A stretch of 64,000 bases of DNA from Euprymna scolopes (taxonomy: Eukaryota): NCBI GenBank assembly GCA_053919585.1, contig CM132788.1. One strand, written 5' to 3'. This document shows positions 25,561-37,814 of the stretch, piece after piece (positions within the stretch are counted from its first letter, which is position 1; every line of letters starts with the position of its first letter). The notes beneath the pieces are model-generated. The model saw nothing but the letters and a program-made list of their open reading frames with translations, ran no database searches and was not told the DNA's origin. A program made the position numbers and the translations under genes.

Positions 25561-26605
25561 CAAATAGACATATATGTATGTATGTGTTTGTGTGTGGTAA
25601 GTAATCCTCTCGTGTTTCGGCGATTACTTGGTCACTGCGAGTTTTCAAACTGAAACCATCTCGGCTAGTGTTCATTTCTCAATCATTAAGTAAACTACCT
25701 GCTAACGGCGCGTCAGAAGATGGTTAAAGGTTTTACCACAATAAATAACAAATTTATATATAAATATAATCATAAATAAATGAACATTAAAATAACAAAT
25801 AAAATAGTAATTAATATTAAATGTGGTCTAGAAAAAACAGGTGTTAGAAAAGTAAGAGAAAAGAATCTATCACCACTAAATACCTTATGAGTCTCCTCTT
25901 TCCCTATTCGCTCTTTCCTCGTTCTTCATCCTCTGTCTTTTTCTTTTTTCCGCTCATTCACATCCACTTCCCTCCCCTTCCTCTTCTCACATCGTCTTTT
26001 ACCCCTTTCCCTCTCTCTCTATCTTTCTTCCGTCTCCTACCCCTTTCTTCATTCACGTAATCGACCATTTAGGAGTCTCGGATATGGTCAATAGATCCGG
26101 AAGAATCTTTAACTTTTTGACGAAGACCTAAAATACTAAGAGAAAAGAAATTTAAAAAAGGAATTATATTACATTAGCACATGAAGGATTTAGCCATACA
26201 GAAAGAAGCAGACACGGAACGCACACTTGTTGAAGATAACATCTATATCCCGCTTGTCCCAAAATAAAATTCCTCAACCTCACCACCGTACCTAATCCAC
26301 CCTCTAGCCGCGTCACAAAAAATGCATGAATGGATGAATATATAGATAGATACAAAACTTAAAAATTAAATAAACAAAAAAAATAATGCACACCAAACAA
26401 ACCTTGTACTCCACACAGCTGAACTTCGCGCCCCGACCTTCTTTTGCTGAAAGTTAACTTTCGTTTTTTTTTATTTAGATTTCCACTTTTGACTATAAGC
26501 GTTGTTGCCGGAAAAAGTTCTTTAATTACTAAACACTAAAAGACTTAAAATGTTTAAGAATGTGTAGCAACAGATTACTGCTTATGTAAGGCCAAATTGA
26601 ACGAG

Positions 26606-26681
<76 letters not shown>

Positions 26682-26824
26682 ATTTCAAGCCCTTTTAGTT
26701 TTAAGTTTTTAGATACGCAGTCAATTACACTTTTTGAAAATATATAATTCACGTGTGGTGTGTATAGAGTCATTTTGTTTTTTCGTTAACTAAAACAGTC
26801 TGGAAATCAGGGGAAAAAGCTGAA

Positions 26825-26887
<63 letters not shown>

Positions 26888-26949
26888 AATAATAATAATT
26901 ACGCAAATGTGTGTATAGCATGCATACAATTTTCTCTAGCCAATCTAAA

Positions 26950-27882
26950 TCTATATCTCTATAAAAGTGAACGTGGATGTGCGTCCGTCTGGGTGTACTT
27001 GTGTATGTGTGTGTGTCTGTCTGTGTACATTTCCCTACGCAAGAACTCTGTCAATTTAAAGTCTGCAGACTCAAAATTTGATATACAGGGTACGGAGATT
27101 CGGGCAAATCTTTTTAATCCGTTTTCGGCCAGGAATTTGGATGTTAAGGGGTCAAAATTCAACGAATTGACCTTTGAGAACTCTTCCAATTTCCTCCGAC
27201 AATTTTTAGTCTAAACACTTGGAATTTTAGATATAGGTATTTTGGGCATGGATCTAAGTTAATAACTTGATTTAAGGTCAAAACAAAAAATGTTAAGGGG
27301 GTCATAATAGGTGTCTATATTTAAAAATAATGACATTTGCATGGTCTACGAAATTACTCAGACAATTTCTTGTCTAAACCTTTCAAATTATACAGAAAGA
27401 TATTCAGAGAGAGAGTGCAATCATTTAAATCGGTTTGGTTCGAAAATCTTTAGTTACCAATATATAAATGTATATATGTATATATGTTATCATGTCTGCC
27501 TATATCTTTCGACTGAGACGACAGATTTTCAAAATATCGATATCGTTTTGAAGTCTGACCTTTCAGACGAAAAATAGCGAAAAATAGCGAAAAATTGGCT
27601 AAAAACGTTTATATGTTCACCTTCAATTGGGCAATTTTATACAGGAAGGGTCGCTTTTTTCGCCGATAATCTTGAAAGTCATCCCTTCTATTCGATATGT
27701 CTAGACTTAATTAAAACTTAGGTCACTTCCGGTTTTGCGGTGGTTGTAAAAGCAAACACGTCACATTTTTAACCCGTTCTTTTCCACCTGTGCAGTACGG
27801 ATTCGAGCCTGCCTCTACTACAATTTTTTTTTGCTCAACATACACATCCAAACACCGTGGCAACGCCGGGCTGAAATGCTAG
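26950..27882 (+). mobile_element. chimeric non-autonomous Helitron (family A 5' part + family B body + shared 3' end)
   Basis: A|TCTATATCTCTATAAAAGTGAACG start; 27010-27320 matches the 9580-10276 element; 27480-27840 matches the 37030-37813 units; ends CCGTGGCAACGCCGGG-CTGAAATG-CTAG|T. Confidence 0.85.
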
Positions 27883-28189
27883 TGCTAACATAATTTCATG
27901 CTATGCGATTAAGCAATCCAAATTCTAGCAGATTAATACTTTTTATTACTACACTAATTTTAATGACTTTGTATAAAAACAATTCATCCTTAAATCAACA
28001 GTCAACGTTTTGAATTCTTTAGATCAGTCATATATTAATACAATAACGTGGGTGTTCTTTTGTGTTTCACGCTTTCCGGCAAATTTGATTAGTTGAGATT
28101 TATTCTGGAATATGCATTTCATTTCGGAATACACATTTACGAACGCCCTGGGTTCTATTCGAATAGCGTGTTCTCAAATATGCATTTGT

Positions 28190-28356
28190 TTTAATTCTAT
28201 AACATTTAAGGTTTTATATTACAAAAGTTGTTAAGAAGTAATTGATTGTAAGTCATTACGTAATAAAATCAATAACAAATCTCTCTGCCGGCGGAGACCA
28301 AAAAATAAGCAATTTTTTTTGTTTTTTTAATTGTTTATTTTTTAAATGTGTTTATT

Positions 28357-28387
<31 letters not shown>

Positions 28388-28539
28388 CGAGAGAGAGCTA
28401 GTGGTTGATATTTTCGTAATATATAATTACTTCTACTAAAACGTAATGAAATCTCAATTTTCATGAGAAAGCGAGACATTAGCGAAATGAAACCTGTTTT
28501 GTACACAAACTATTTTTCTAAAAACATTAACTCTCTCTA

Positions 28540-28594
<55 letters not shown>

Positions 28595-28998
28595 TGACAG
28601 TTAATTTTTCTAAACAAGTAATTTTTATTACAATATAGTTTTAATGAACACTAAATTTGTTTTATATTCTATAAAAGTTAGGGTTTTAGCTTTTAGAAGC
28701 TGTTAAGAAATAATTGATTTTAAGTAATTCTGTAATAAAAAAAAACGATAACAAATCTCTCAGCCGGTGGGGGAAAAAATTAAACAGTTCTTTCTTGTTT
28801 GTTTTTTACATTGTTTATTTTTTTACATGTGTTTAAATATACGGAGAGAGGAATGCAGAGGGAGAGAGCGGTTTTCGTAAATTATATTTACTCCTACTAC
28901 AACGTTATGAAATCCTTGATCTTACAAACGAAAAAAGCGACACATTATTAGCGAAACGAAACCTATTTTGTGCATGACATATTTTTTAAAACATTAGA

Positions 28999-29038
<40 letters not shown>

Positions 29039-29220
29039 TGACAGTTCATTTTTTCTAAATAAATTATATTTATTAACAGATTCTTTTGAATAAAATATTT
29101 TTGTAGTTGTTTTTTTAAATAAAATATTTTATTAACGATAATTTAAAGCATCTAAACATCTCATCAGATGATAAGGCGCACATACAAACACACCTCCGTC
29201 ATTTAATATATATATGTATA

Positions 29221-29253
<33 letters not shown>

Positions 29254-29330
29254 TAAATGACAGTTCATTTTTCTAAATAAATTGTTCTTATTAACACATT
29301 TTTTCCAATAAAATATTTTTATATTTGTTT
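28190..29330 (+). repeat. ~450-bp direct repeat units upstream of the Helitron ORF
   Basis: 28190-28620 and 28660-29060 are homologous. (TA)n-TTAAATGACAGTT(A/C)ATTTTT occurs at ~28590, 29034 and 29252. A related segment recurs at ~34920-35030. Confidence 0.75.
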
Positions 29331-29544
29331 CTAAAAGTGTGCCTTTGGTTTCCAACTTTCAATTTTGGATCGTGCGTTTTTTATTTCATGTTCAGGCGAT
29401 TCACTTTTTTTAGGTAATCGTGTTGATGGTTTATTTGGAGCTGACGATTACGGTCATCTTGGATTTGGTTCACCGACGTTGGTCAAATTATTTTTTTTTT
29501 TTGCGGACAAAGAATTATTTTTTACGCTTATCAGACTTATAACC

Positions 29545-32500
29545 ATTTCCCGTCGCAGTTTTTTTAATTTTCGCTCACCGTGGTTGTTTACCTTCAATAA
29601 GGACGAACAAAGCAGGCAGCGAAGACAAGCAGCCAGAGAACTACAAAATATGATGCGGAATCAGTCCATAGTGGATGAAAGACAAGCCCAACGAAATAGA
29701 AACAGAGAACAAATGCGAATAACAAAAAGTCAAATGAGCGAGGAGGAGAGAAATGCATATAATAATCGTAGTAGAGAAATAATGCAGAGAAGAATGACTC
29801 AAATAAATGAAGAAGAAAGAGAATTGCATAACACTCAATGAAGAGAACGGTTGCGAACAAGAAGATATGCAATGGACGAAGAAGAAAGACAAGAGCAACG
29901 AAGAATCAACAGACAGTACATCAGAGTTAGAAGAAATTACATGACTGAAGGAGAACGACTGATGAACCTTGAAAATAGATGAACTAGAAATAACATAGCA
30001 AGAAATAATGCAAGTGGTGTTCAATTTTCAAATCCTGATAGATTCTTAATTGACCCAATGAATGTTATTTGTTAACACTACCATGCTCTCCGATTCCAGG
30101 TAGAGTCTCTGAATTGCTGTCATAATAGAAAAGTTTCACTTGGGCCCATGCCTGAATACCCGGTCATTCTAAGGGAATTGTTTGAAGGAAATGACAGGGA
30201 TTCAACCAACTTTAGAAGAAACATTAAGGAGTATGACTCCTCCTTTGTCTTGCTTCGATCGTCGCTGCAGTGAAGCCACGCCCAGGACATGGTCCATATT
30301 GTTTTCGATTGCAAGGACAAGTATATCATTATGCAAGAAATTTACATCCAAATGAAAATGAAGAAAGAAAATATGAACATCTCTATATAATAAAGACAAA
30401 CGAAGCATCAAATCTGAGGTTAAATGCTACTCAGAATTCTGATTGCTTATATTCAGTGTTCGAAAAATATCTCAAGCAGTGGTTGATACTTCTAATGTAG
30501 GGGCATATAAAAACATGAGAACTGTCGAACTTTAAGAGCAACAGAGGGGTCCATTACAAACTGTTCCCCCCAGAAAAATAAGAATGCAGTTTATTGCCGG
30601 GTTCATGCGAGGAAATATAATAATCCAACACATGATGAAGTTGCAGAAAAATTTGTCGGTGATAATGGAACGCCTCCTGTCCATCGCGGCATTATAGTGT
30701 ACACAGAAGGACAACAGAGGCAGAGGATATCTTACCTCTCCTGCCATCTTGCCGCAATGATTTACCCTCTTCTCTTTCCACATGGTGAATTTGGCTGGCA
30801 TATAAAAATTCCTCATGTAGAAAATAGGCAAACTAGAGTTCGTAACAAGGTTTTCATGCAGAAATATTATGCATATAATCGAGAGATAAGAGGCGGCTTT
30901 AGTCCAATAAACAGTGGTGGAAAACTATTTCAGCAATGTATAATTGATGCTTATGTTAAAGTAGAAGGTTGTCGTTTGATATTCATTGCAGAAAACCAAG
31001 AACAACTAAGAGTTGCAATGTATTCTGGCTTGATGAATCACCTTGCTAAAAGTAATGAAATTGAAGATCCCGGAATACCTGTCATTTAATTATCATCCTT
31101 CACAAGGAGCCCACGAAATATGCAACAATGCTATGAAGACGCAATGACAATAGTTTGCAAATATGGAAGGCCTGATTTATTCATAGCATATACTTGCAAT
31201 CCAAAATGCCTAGAAGTAACCAAAACTTACAGCCGCATGAAACTGCACAGAACTGACCTAATTTGTTGGCACAAGTTTTAAAACAACATCTCAATGAATT
31301 AATGATTGGCATAAAGGACAGACATGCACTTGCGGTACCTATTTCTGCGATACATGTAATTGCACTTCACAAACGAGTTCTCCCCCATTATTATATGCTA
31401 ATCCTGCTGCGTCCAGAAGATAAAATTACAACTAAGAAACAAATTGATAATATTGTTTCAGCTGAATTACCATCAGAACATGATTCAGAATTGAGACAAT
31501 TAGTAGAACAAACTCATGACTCATGGATCCTGCGGTACATTTAATCCCAACTCAATCTGTGTGGAAAACGGAGAGTGTCAGAAAAAATGTCCTATGTTGT
31601 GTCCGGAGGAGACTATTACAAATGTTTCTGGATACCCTCTATACAGACGCAGAAATTATGGAGATTATGTTAGAGTTGGTGTCCATGAGGGTGACCGCAT
31701 GTTTGTAGTACCATATAATAAATATTTACTCATAAAATATGGTGCTTACATTAATGTAGAAGTGTGTATCTGGGTAAAAAAGTGTGAAATATTTATCAAA
31801 TATGTCTATAAAGGACATGATTGCGCAATGATGGAAATGAATATAAATAACAAAGGACCTAATGAACGTGAATATAATGAAATTAAGCAATACATTTCGT
31901 GTAGATATGTATCCCCGCCTTAAGCATTTTGGCGTTTATCAGAATATAAAATGGATTGGCAGACGCACATAGTTTATCGACTGGCGCTCCATTTACCTGA
32001 TGAACAACAAGTTTCTTATAGGCCAGGTGAACAAAGACAGGTTTCTGCCCGTGCAGAAGGCTGAGACACGCAATTAACTTCATGGTTAAAACTTAACCAA
32101 AGTGACGTCGATGCAAGAGCCCATCTTTATATTGATATCCCTGAATATTCTGTATTCAACAAGCAAAGTAAAATCTGGTCCAGAAGAAAACGTCACCGCC
32201 AGATTATAACAAGAATGTACTCTGCCAGTCCTAGAAATGCTGAGAAATTCCATTTAAGGATGCTTCTGCTTCATGTACCAGGTGCAACTTCTTTTCAGGA
32301 CTTGAAAACTGTAGGAGGTGAAGAATTGCCGACATTTAAGGATGCCTGTATTCGATTAGAACTGCTTGAAGATGACAACGAACTACAAATGCCTTTGAGT
32401 GAGGCATCTGTATATCAAATGCCACGGCAGCTTCTTAACATGTTTGTTATGTGTTGATGTGTTTATTCACTACACCACAAAATGCTTTACACTTATGGAA

Positions 32501-34117
32501 TGATAACAAATACCTTATGATAGAGGGTATTTTACGCCAATATGATAATAATATTGCAGACAATATCGCTCTGCATCACATAAACGTGATTATGAATGAA
32601 AATGGCATGGATTCTTCGATGCATGGTCTGCCAGAACCAATCAATTGTTTCCTGTCATTCAATATGTGGAAAAAATTAAAGAAGTTAATCCTTAAGAACT
32701 AAATGTTGAGCAAAGAAATTTTTTTGATAGTGTCATTAACGCTCCAAGTGCATTAGATAGAGGATTAGCGACTAAACACCGACTGTTTTATCTGGATGGA
32801 CCCGGCGATTCTGGTAAAATATTCTATTTAACATGATTCATGATTACCTGATGGCTCAAAATATGGTTGTGTACTTCTGGTTGGACAGGTATTGCAGCAA
32901 CTTTATTGAAAAATGGAAAAAACGTTTCACAGTATCTTCAAATTTCCTTTTCCTTTGACTGAGACATTTCCATGCTATATTCCATATAATTCTGACCAAG
33001 CCAATATTCTCAGGCAAGTGAAAGTTTTCATTATTGACGAGGTGTCAATGATACCTCAATATGCATTGAATGCCATACATAATTGTTTACAGGATATTAT
33101 GAACAATAATATACTATTTTGTGGTAAAGTCATCATATTAGGAGGAGACTTAAGGCAAATTCTGCCTGTGGTTCCTAGAGCTCCACCTGCTGCAGTATTG
33201 GATGAATGCTTAAAAAAGTCTCAAATGCGGCACCATTTTCATCAGCTCAGGCTGTCTCAGAATATCAGGACTAATGAAAACGAACAAGTTTTCTCACAAT
33301 GGCTCTTACAAATTGGAAATGGTCGAGTTCATAGTTCACTTGATAATGTTTCTCATGACACGATCGGTATTCCAGAACAATGTGTACGCAATGAATCTTT
33401 AGTGTCAGACATATTTGATAATTGTACACAGGATTAAATGAGAAGTAGATTTATATTCCCCCCAAATGCAGATTTTTTGGAAGTTAATGAAGATATTTTA
33501 CGAAGATTAGCAACTGAGAGCAAAACATATTTAAGTACAGATTCAGTATCAGCAGGCAATTAAATGTAATCTAATAATTATCCGATAGTATTCATAAATT
33601 CACTTACACCTTCGGGGATGCCTCCTCATCGTCTTAATTTCAAAGTTTGATCTATGATTATGCTGTTTCGCAACGTGTCATTAACGCAAGGACTATGCAT
33701 GGGAATAAGTTTTGAAGTATTGGAGATTCATGACCACAGTATTTTAGCTTCAATCATAAGTGGCCTAATGCTCAGGCACGAGTTTTAATTCCAATAATTA
33801 AACTTAATCCCAGTGACGCAAATATTGCATTTGTTCTGCGCAGGACTCAATTTCCCGTCCGCCTATCATATTCAATGGCCATTAATACAGCTCAAGGACA
33901 GACATTCGATAAAGTTGGGATCTGCCTACCACAACCTTACTTTACTCATGGACAACTATATGTAGCCTTCTCACGAGCAAGGTCTATAAACAGTGTAAAA
34001 GTGCAAAGTTGTCCTCAGAATAAATCTACTCATGGCCAGAGAATAGGAACAACCTTCACTAGAAATATTGTCTGTAAAGAAGTTTTGAAAATGATTTCAT
34101 GTATTTCTCATTTTTGA
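29545..34117 (+). pseudogene. Helitron RepHel transposase pseudogene (STPR repeats, Zn finger, HUH Rep, PIF1-family helicase)
   Basis: Motifs in order through stops and frameshifts: 23-aa repeats; C*HYHA..E..NCC; YPLLFPHGEFGW; GGKLFQQCIIDAY; GRPDLFIAYTCNP; VIALHKRVLPHYYML (HUH); HGSCG..NPNS.C; KYVYKGHD; FHLRMLLLHVPGATSFQDLKTV; LDGPGDSGK (Walker A); IIDEVSM; GGDLRQILPV; QFPVRL..INTAQGQT; FTHGQLYVAFSR. Confidence 0.95.
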
Positions 34118-34418
34118 AATTATATATTCAACACAAATCTTATCGCATTTTATCCAAACATGTACAAGTTAGAAACAAGATAATTAGTATTGAAAATATA
34201 ATTTGATGTAATTTACACGGAAACCGATATCTTCTATATACTTTATATATCAAGAAGATAGTGTGTGTTATTTTGTGTGTCACGCTTACATGTTTTATCT
34301 TCACAATGAGCGTCATTTCATTTTTATCAATCTTTCTTTTAAAGTAACTCTGTATGTTTGACCGATCAATTACGCGATTTATTTTGAAAAATTTCACCAA
34401 ACTAAAAAATACCTGTTT

Positions 34419-34607
34419 ACCAATAACGACTATTACGAACCAATGTCAAATCTTTTGCACATAGCTTTTAAATATGAAAAAATACAATCAACATGCCCCC
34501 TTTTTATTAATTATGAAATAAAAAGGGGGCCTGTTGATTGTATTTTTTTCATATTTAAAAGCTATGTGCAAAAGATTTGACATCGGTTCGTAATCGTCGT
34601 TATTGGT
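34419..34607. repeat. long near-perfect inverted repeat (~90-bp arms, ~8-nt loop)
   Basis: ACCAATAACGACTATTACGAACCAATGTCAAATC...GCCCCCTTTTTATT and its reverse complement; about 3 substitutions and 1 indel. Confidence 0.95.
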
Positions 34608-36552
34608 TTTATTTAATTTTCTATTTTCCTATTTGTTTAATAAAAAGAATTCTATCATTAGTCTATCGAAACAAAATAAAATTAATTTTCATTAAAAATG
34701 TAATTATTTCTTTGCTGTTTTTATTCGCAGGTTTTACTTTACATATTCTTATAACAAATGTTCTCAATATTTATTAAGACCTAAAAATAGTTTAATCGTT
34801 TTTAAACATTAAGAATGTTTAATATGAGTGTGAAAAAAGTGTCCATTGACATTTTAGGGTAAAATTCAAATTTCAAATTCGATTAGCAATTCTATATATT
34901 GTTTTATATTATTTGGATTTTATTCTATACAATTTAGGATTATATCTTCCTGGTACATGCAAAATATGTTAAGAAATCATTGCTTTTATTAGTTATTCTG
35001 TAGGTAAAAACAAACAACAGAATTCTCTCGAATACATATATATATATATACATATTTAAATATACACATATATATGTGTATATATAATTATCAAAGTAAC
35101 TGATACTACACTCAGAAATCCATGTTAAATAATGGTTGCCAGCGTTAATTTCGAAAACCTACTGAAAGTGTTTACAACTTAAACGTTACTTTTTTTCATA
35201 TGTATTTTTAACAGTAGGGTGGAGAATATGAAATCAGTCCCGGAAATATCTGAAACCGTTTACGCAGTACAAATTACATTATTGTTTGAATATATTTTTA
35301 TAATATATCAAAATTACTAATTTAGTAAGGTTGGGCAATAATGTGGGTTAAATTATGAAAATTGTAGTGGGAATTAGTAACATATCTAAGAATTATGAAA
35401 AAGGATGGAAAGTGAGTTAAGTGATTGGTGTGTTTGTTATGAAATCATCAGCCCAGGCAATTTACCAAATTGTTATTTTAGTAAGGGGGGATACAATATA
35501 AACAAAAAAGGCTAGAATGATAGATTGGTTCCTTCATTCCTGCTGAACCTTCAATAGAATATCCATCAGCAATATATTGAAAGATGACGCTGTGGAATTT
35601 CCACAGTTCCTGGTGGCTAGATATCATAATAATACTGCTTTTAAAAGGAGTTGATTATAGCACTTCAGATGATAACACTATTTCGAATATTACAAGTAAT
35701 ATAAATGATCAATCCCCACCCGCAAATCAGATTCATTCACAATGGATTTATTACTCATAATCTACAACATTTATTTATGTAGAATATATGCAGATAATGT
35801 GGGCGAAGACAGTTGTATCCTTACTTATCATGTTTAAACCATAGAAGATTGATACATTTATATATGTATACTTCTTACTTCTTACTGTGCATGTATTTGT
35901 TTTGATGTCTTAGACACCTTATTTATGAGAGACCTTCACTGTTTATAATATATTAAACCCCATCTTTCTTAACGGCAGTAAATTCAGCTCACGTCCAAAA
36001 AAGTAAATATCTCTATATGTATTCAACGCTATTTTACCTCTCAAACAATACAATGAACAAAACTATTTGTATTCATGACTACTTCGATCGGAGAGTATGC
36101 ACACCCAATGCAATAAAACTCACGTCTTACAACGTTATGTTCAAGCATTGGTTGCATGAAGGAAAACAAGTATCTCCAAATACCGGCACTATAGAAAGTC
36201 AGTTCAAGCCTTAGTAAAACTGCTAGTTTAAGCATTTAAAACAATGTAGTGGTAGTAACAACGAACCATGTATTTAATTGATAACGCAATGGAATAATTC
36301 AATATATATAGTGGTGAAGTTGACACAATTGAGTGATAACCTGAATGTTTTAAATAAAGTAATATTCACAATCCGAAGTGGAATAAACCGTGTCGCTTAC
36401 GAAATTGATAATGTTGTACCCAACACTGGCAGAGAGGGGGAGCAAATTTAGCCCGACTGTAAAATACGCTTAAATATGATATTTTTATTTGTCCAGATTT
36501 CGTATATATTATACTAGGGTCGTGATTTTAAAATAAAAAATAAACAGTATAT

Positions 36553-36633
36553 GGGTGCGATCAGCTTGAATCGAAACCGAAAGCTACACTGTAGCATTTA
36601 AAGCTGGTGACTTTACCACTGTACCAATGTGAC
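36553..36633 (-). mobile_element. degenerate tRNA-derived (SINE-head-like) sequence
   Basis: Minus strand has A-box TGGTACAGTGG and B-box-like GTTTCGATTC at tRNA-like spacing; no intact cloverleaf. Confidence 0.35.
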
Positions 36634-36729
36634 ACGAATATAGAGATACTTAAAAATTAAAAATGACCAAGATGAATGCAAAAATTGTATAATAATTTTT
36701 ACATTTGTGACCCCTTTAATTATTTAAAC

Positions 36730-36867
36730 CTGCTAAAGTCCCAGAATAGAACGGTCCATGAAAACCCTAGCATTTGAGGTCTCTAGCGCTGCTTTGCGAC
36801 TTTTATCTTCGAAAGATTTAGCGTGAATACATGGATACAGACAGACTATTGCTTTTTATATATTAGA
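36730..36867 (-). mobile_element. Helitron-like 5' end remnant
   Basis: Minus strand A|TCTAATATATAAAAAGCAATAGTCTGTCTGTATCC has the same style as the other 5' ends in the window. Confidence 0.4.
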
Positions 36868-36886
36868 TTATTATTAGGGGACTACG

Positions 36887-36888
<2 letters not shown>

Positions 36889-36943
<55 letters not shown>
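36889..36943. repeat. (AAT)n microsatellite
   Basis: Direct reading; another (AAT)n lies at 26826-26899. Confidence 0.95.
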
Positions 36944-36944
<1 letters not shown>

Positions 36945-37009
36945 TTATTTATTTTCAAAAAATTAAAATGATTCATAATTTTGGTAATGAAATGATGTAT
37001 GCATGTATT

Positions 37010-37813
37010 ATGTACTTTTGTCAAAGGTGACAGATTTTAAGGAGATAAGTATCGTTTTTAAGGCCTCTCTTCTTTTTCAACTGGAAATTTTTCTCCAGGG
37101 AAGGGCCGCTTTTCTCGCCGATATTTTCGATTGACTAGCCTTAATTTTAAATTTCGACACTTCCACTTCGCCGATAGACCGAACGACAAAGACATCACGT
37201 GTTTTTTATTTCATGTTCTTTTCTTTCTTCGCAGTACAGGTTCGAGCCTTCCTATTACTTTTTCTTTTTTTTTTTTTTTTTTTTTTTTTGCTCCGGACAC
37301 ACCTCAAAATACCAAGCCAAGGCCGGCCCCTAACTGGGTAGTCTAGAATATAAATCTCACCTGTCTGTTTGAAAATATTTATGTATACAGGTATGTATGT
37401 TTACATGTCTGTCTAAAACTTTCGACAGAGGCGACGGATTTTCACGAGATTGGTATAGTTTTGAAGCCGATTTTTACGGGCTTATAAGTTTTGAACTCGA
37501 CCTTTGGGAAGACAAATAACGAAAGAATAACCGAGGACATTGATTCCTTCGCATTCAACTGGGCATTTATTCTACAAGGAGGGGTCGCTTTCTTCGACGA
37601 TATTTTCGAAAATCATCCATTCTTTTCTATTGACTACCTTAATTTAAAACTCTGCCACTTCCAATTAATCGATGGATGTAACAGATAAGAAGTCACAATT
37701 GTTTCTCACTGGTATTCTTCCTTCGCAGTACGGGTTTTGCCTGCTTGTCTGCTACCATTTTTGTTTCAACACACACTTCCAAATACCCGGGTAATGCCGG
37801 TCACCCAACCTAG
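37010..37813 (+). mobile_element. two head-to-tail non-autonomous Helitrons (family B)
   Basis: Units ~37010-37337 and 37342-37813 are homologous to each other and to 27480-27882. The second starts TCTAGAATATAAAT and ends CCCGGGTAATGCCGG-TCACCCAAC-CTAG|T; the first ends in a degenerate hairpin + CTGG. Confidence 0.75.
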
Positions 37814-37814
37814 T

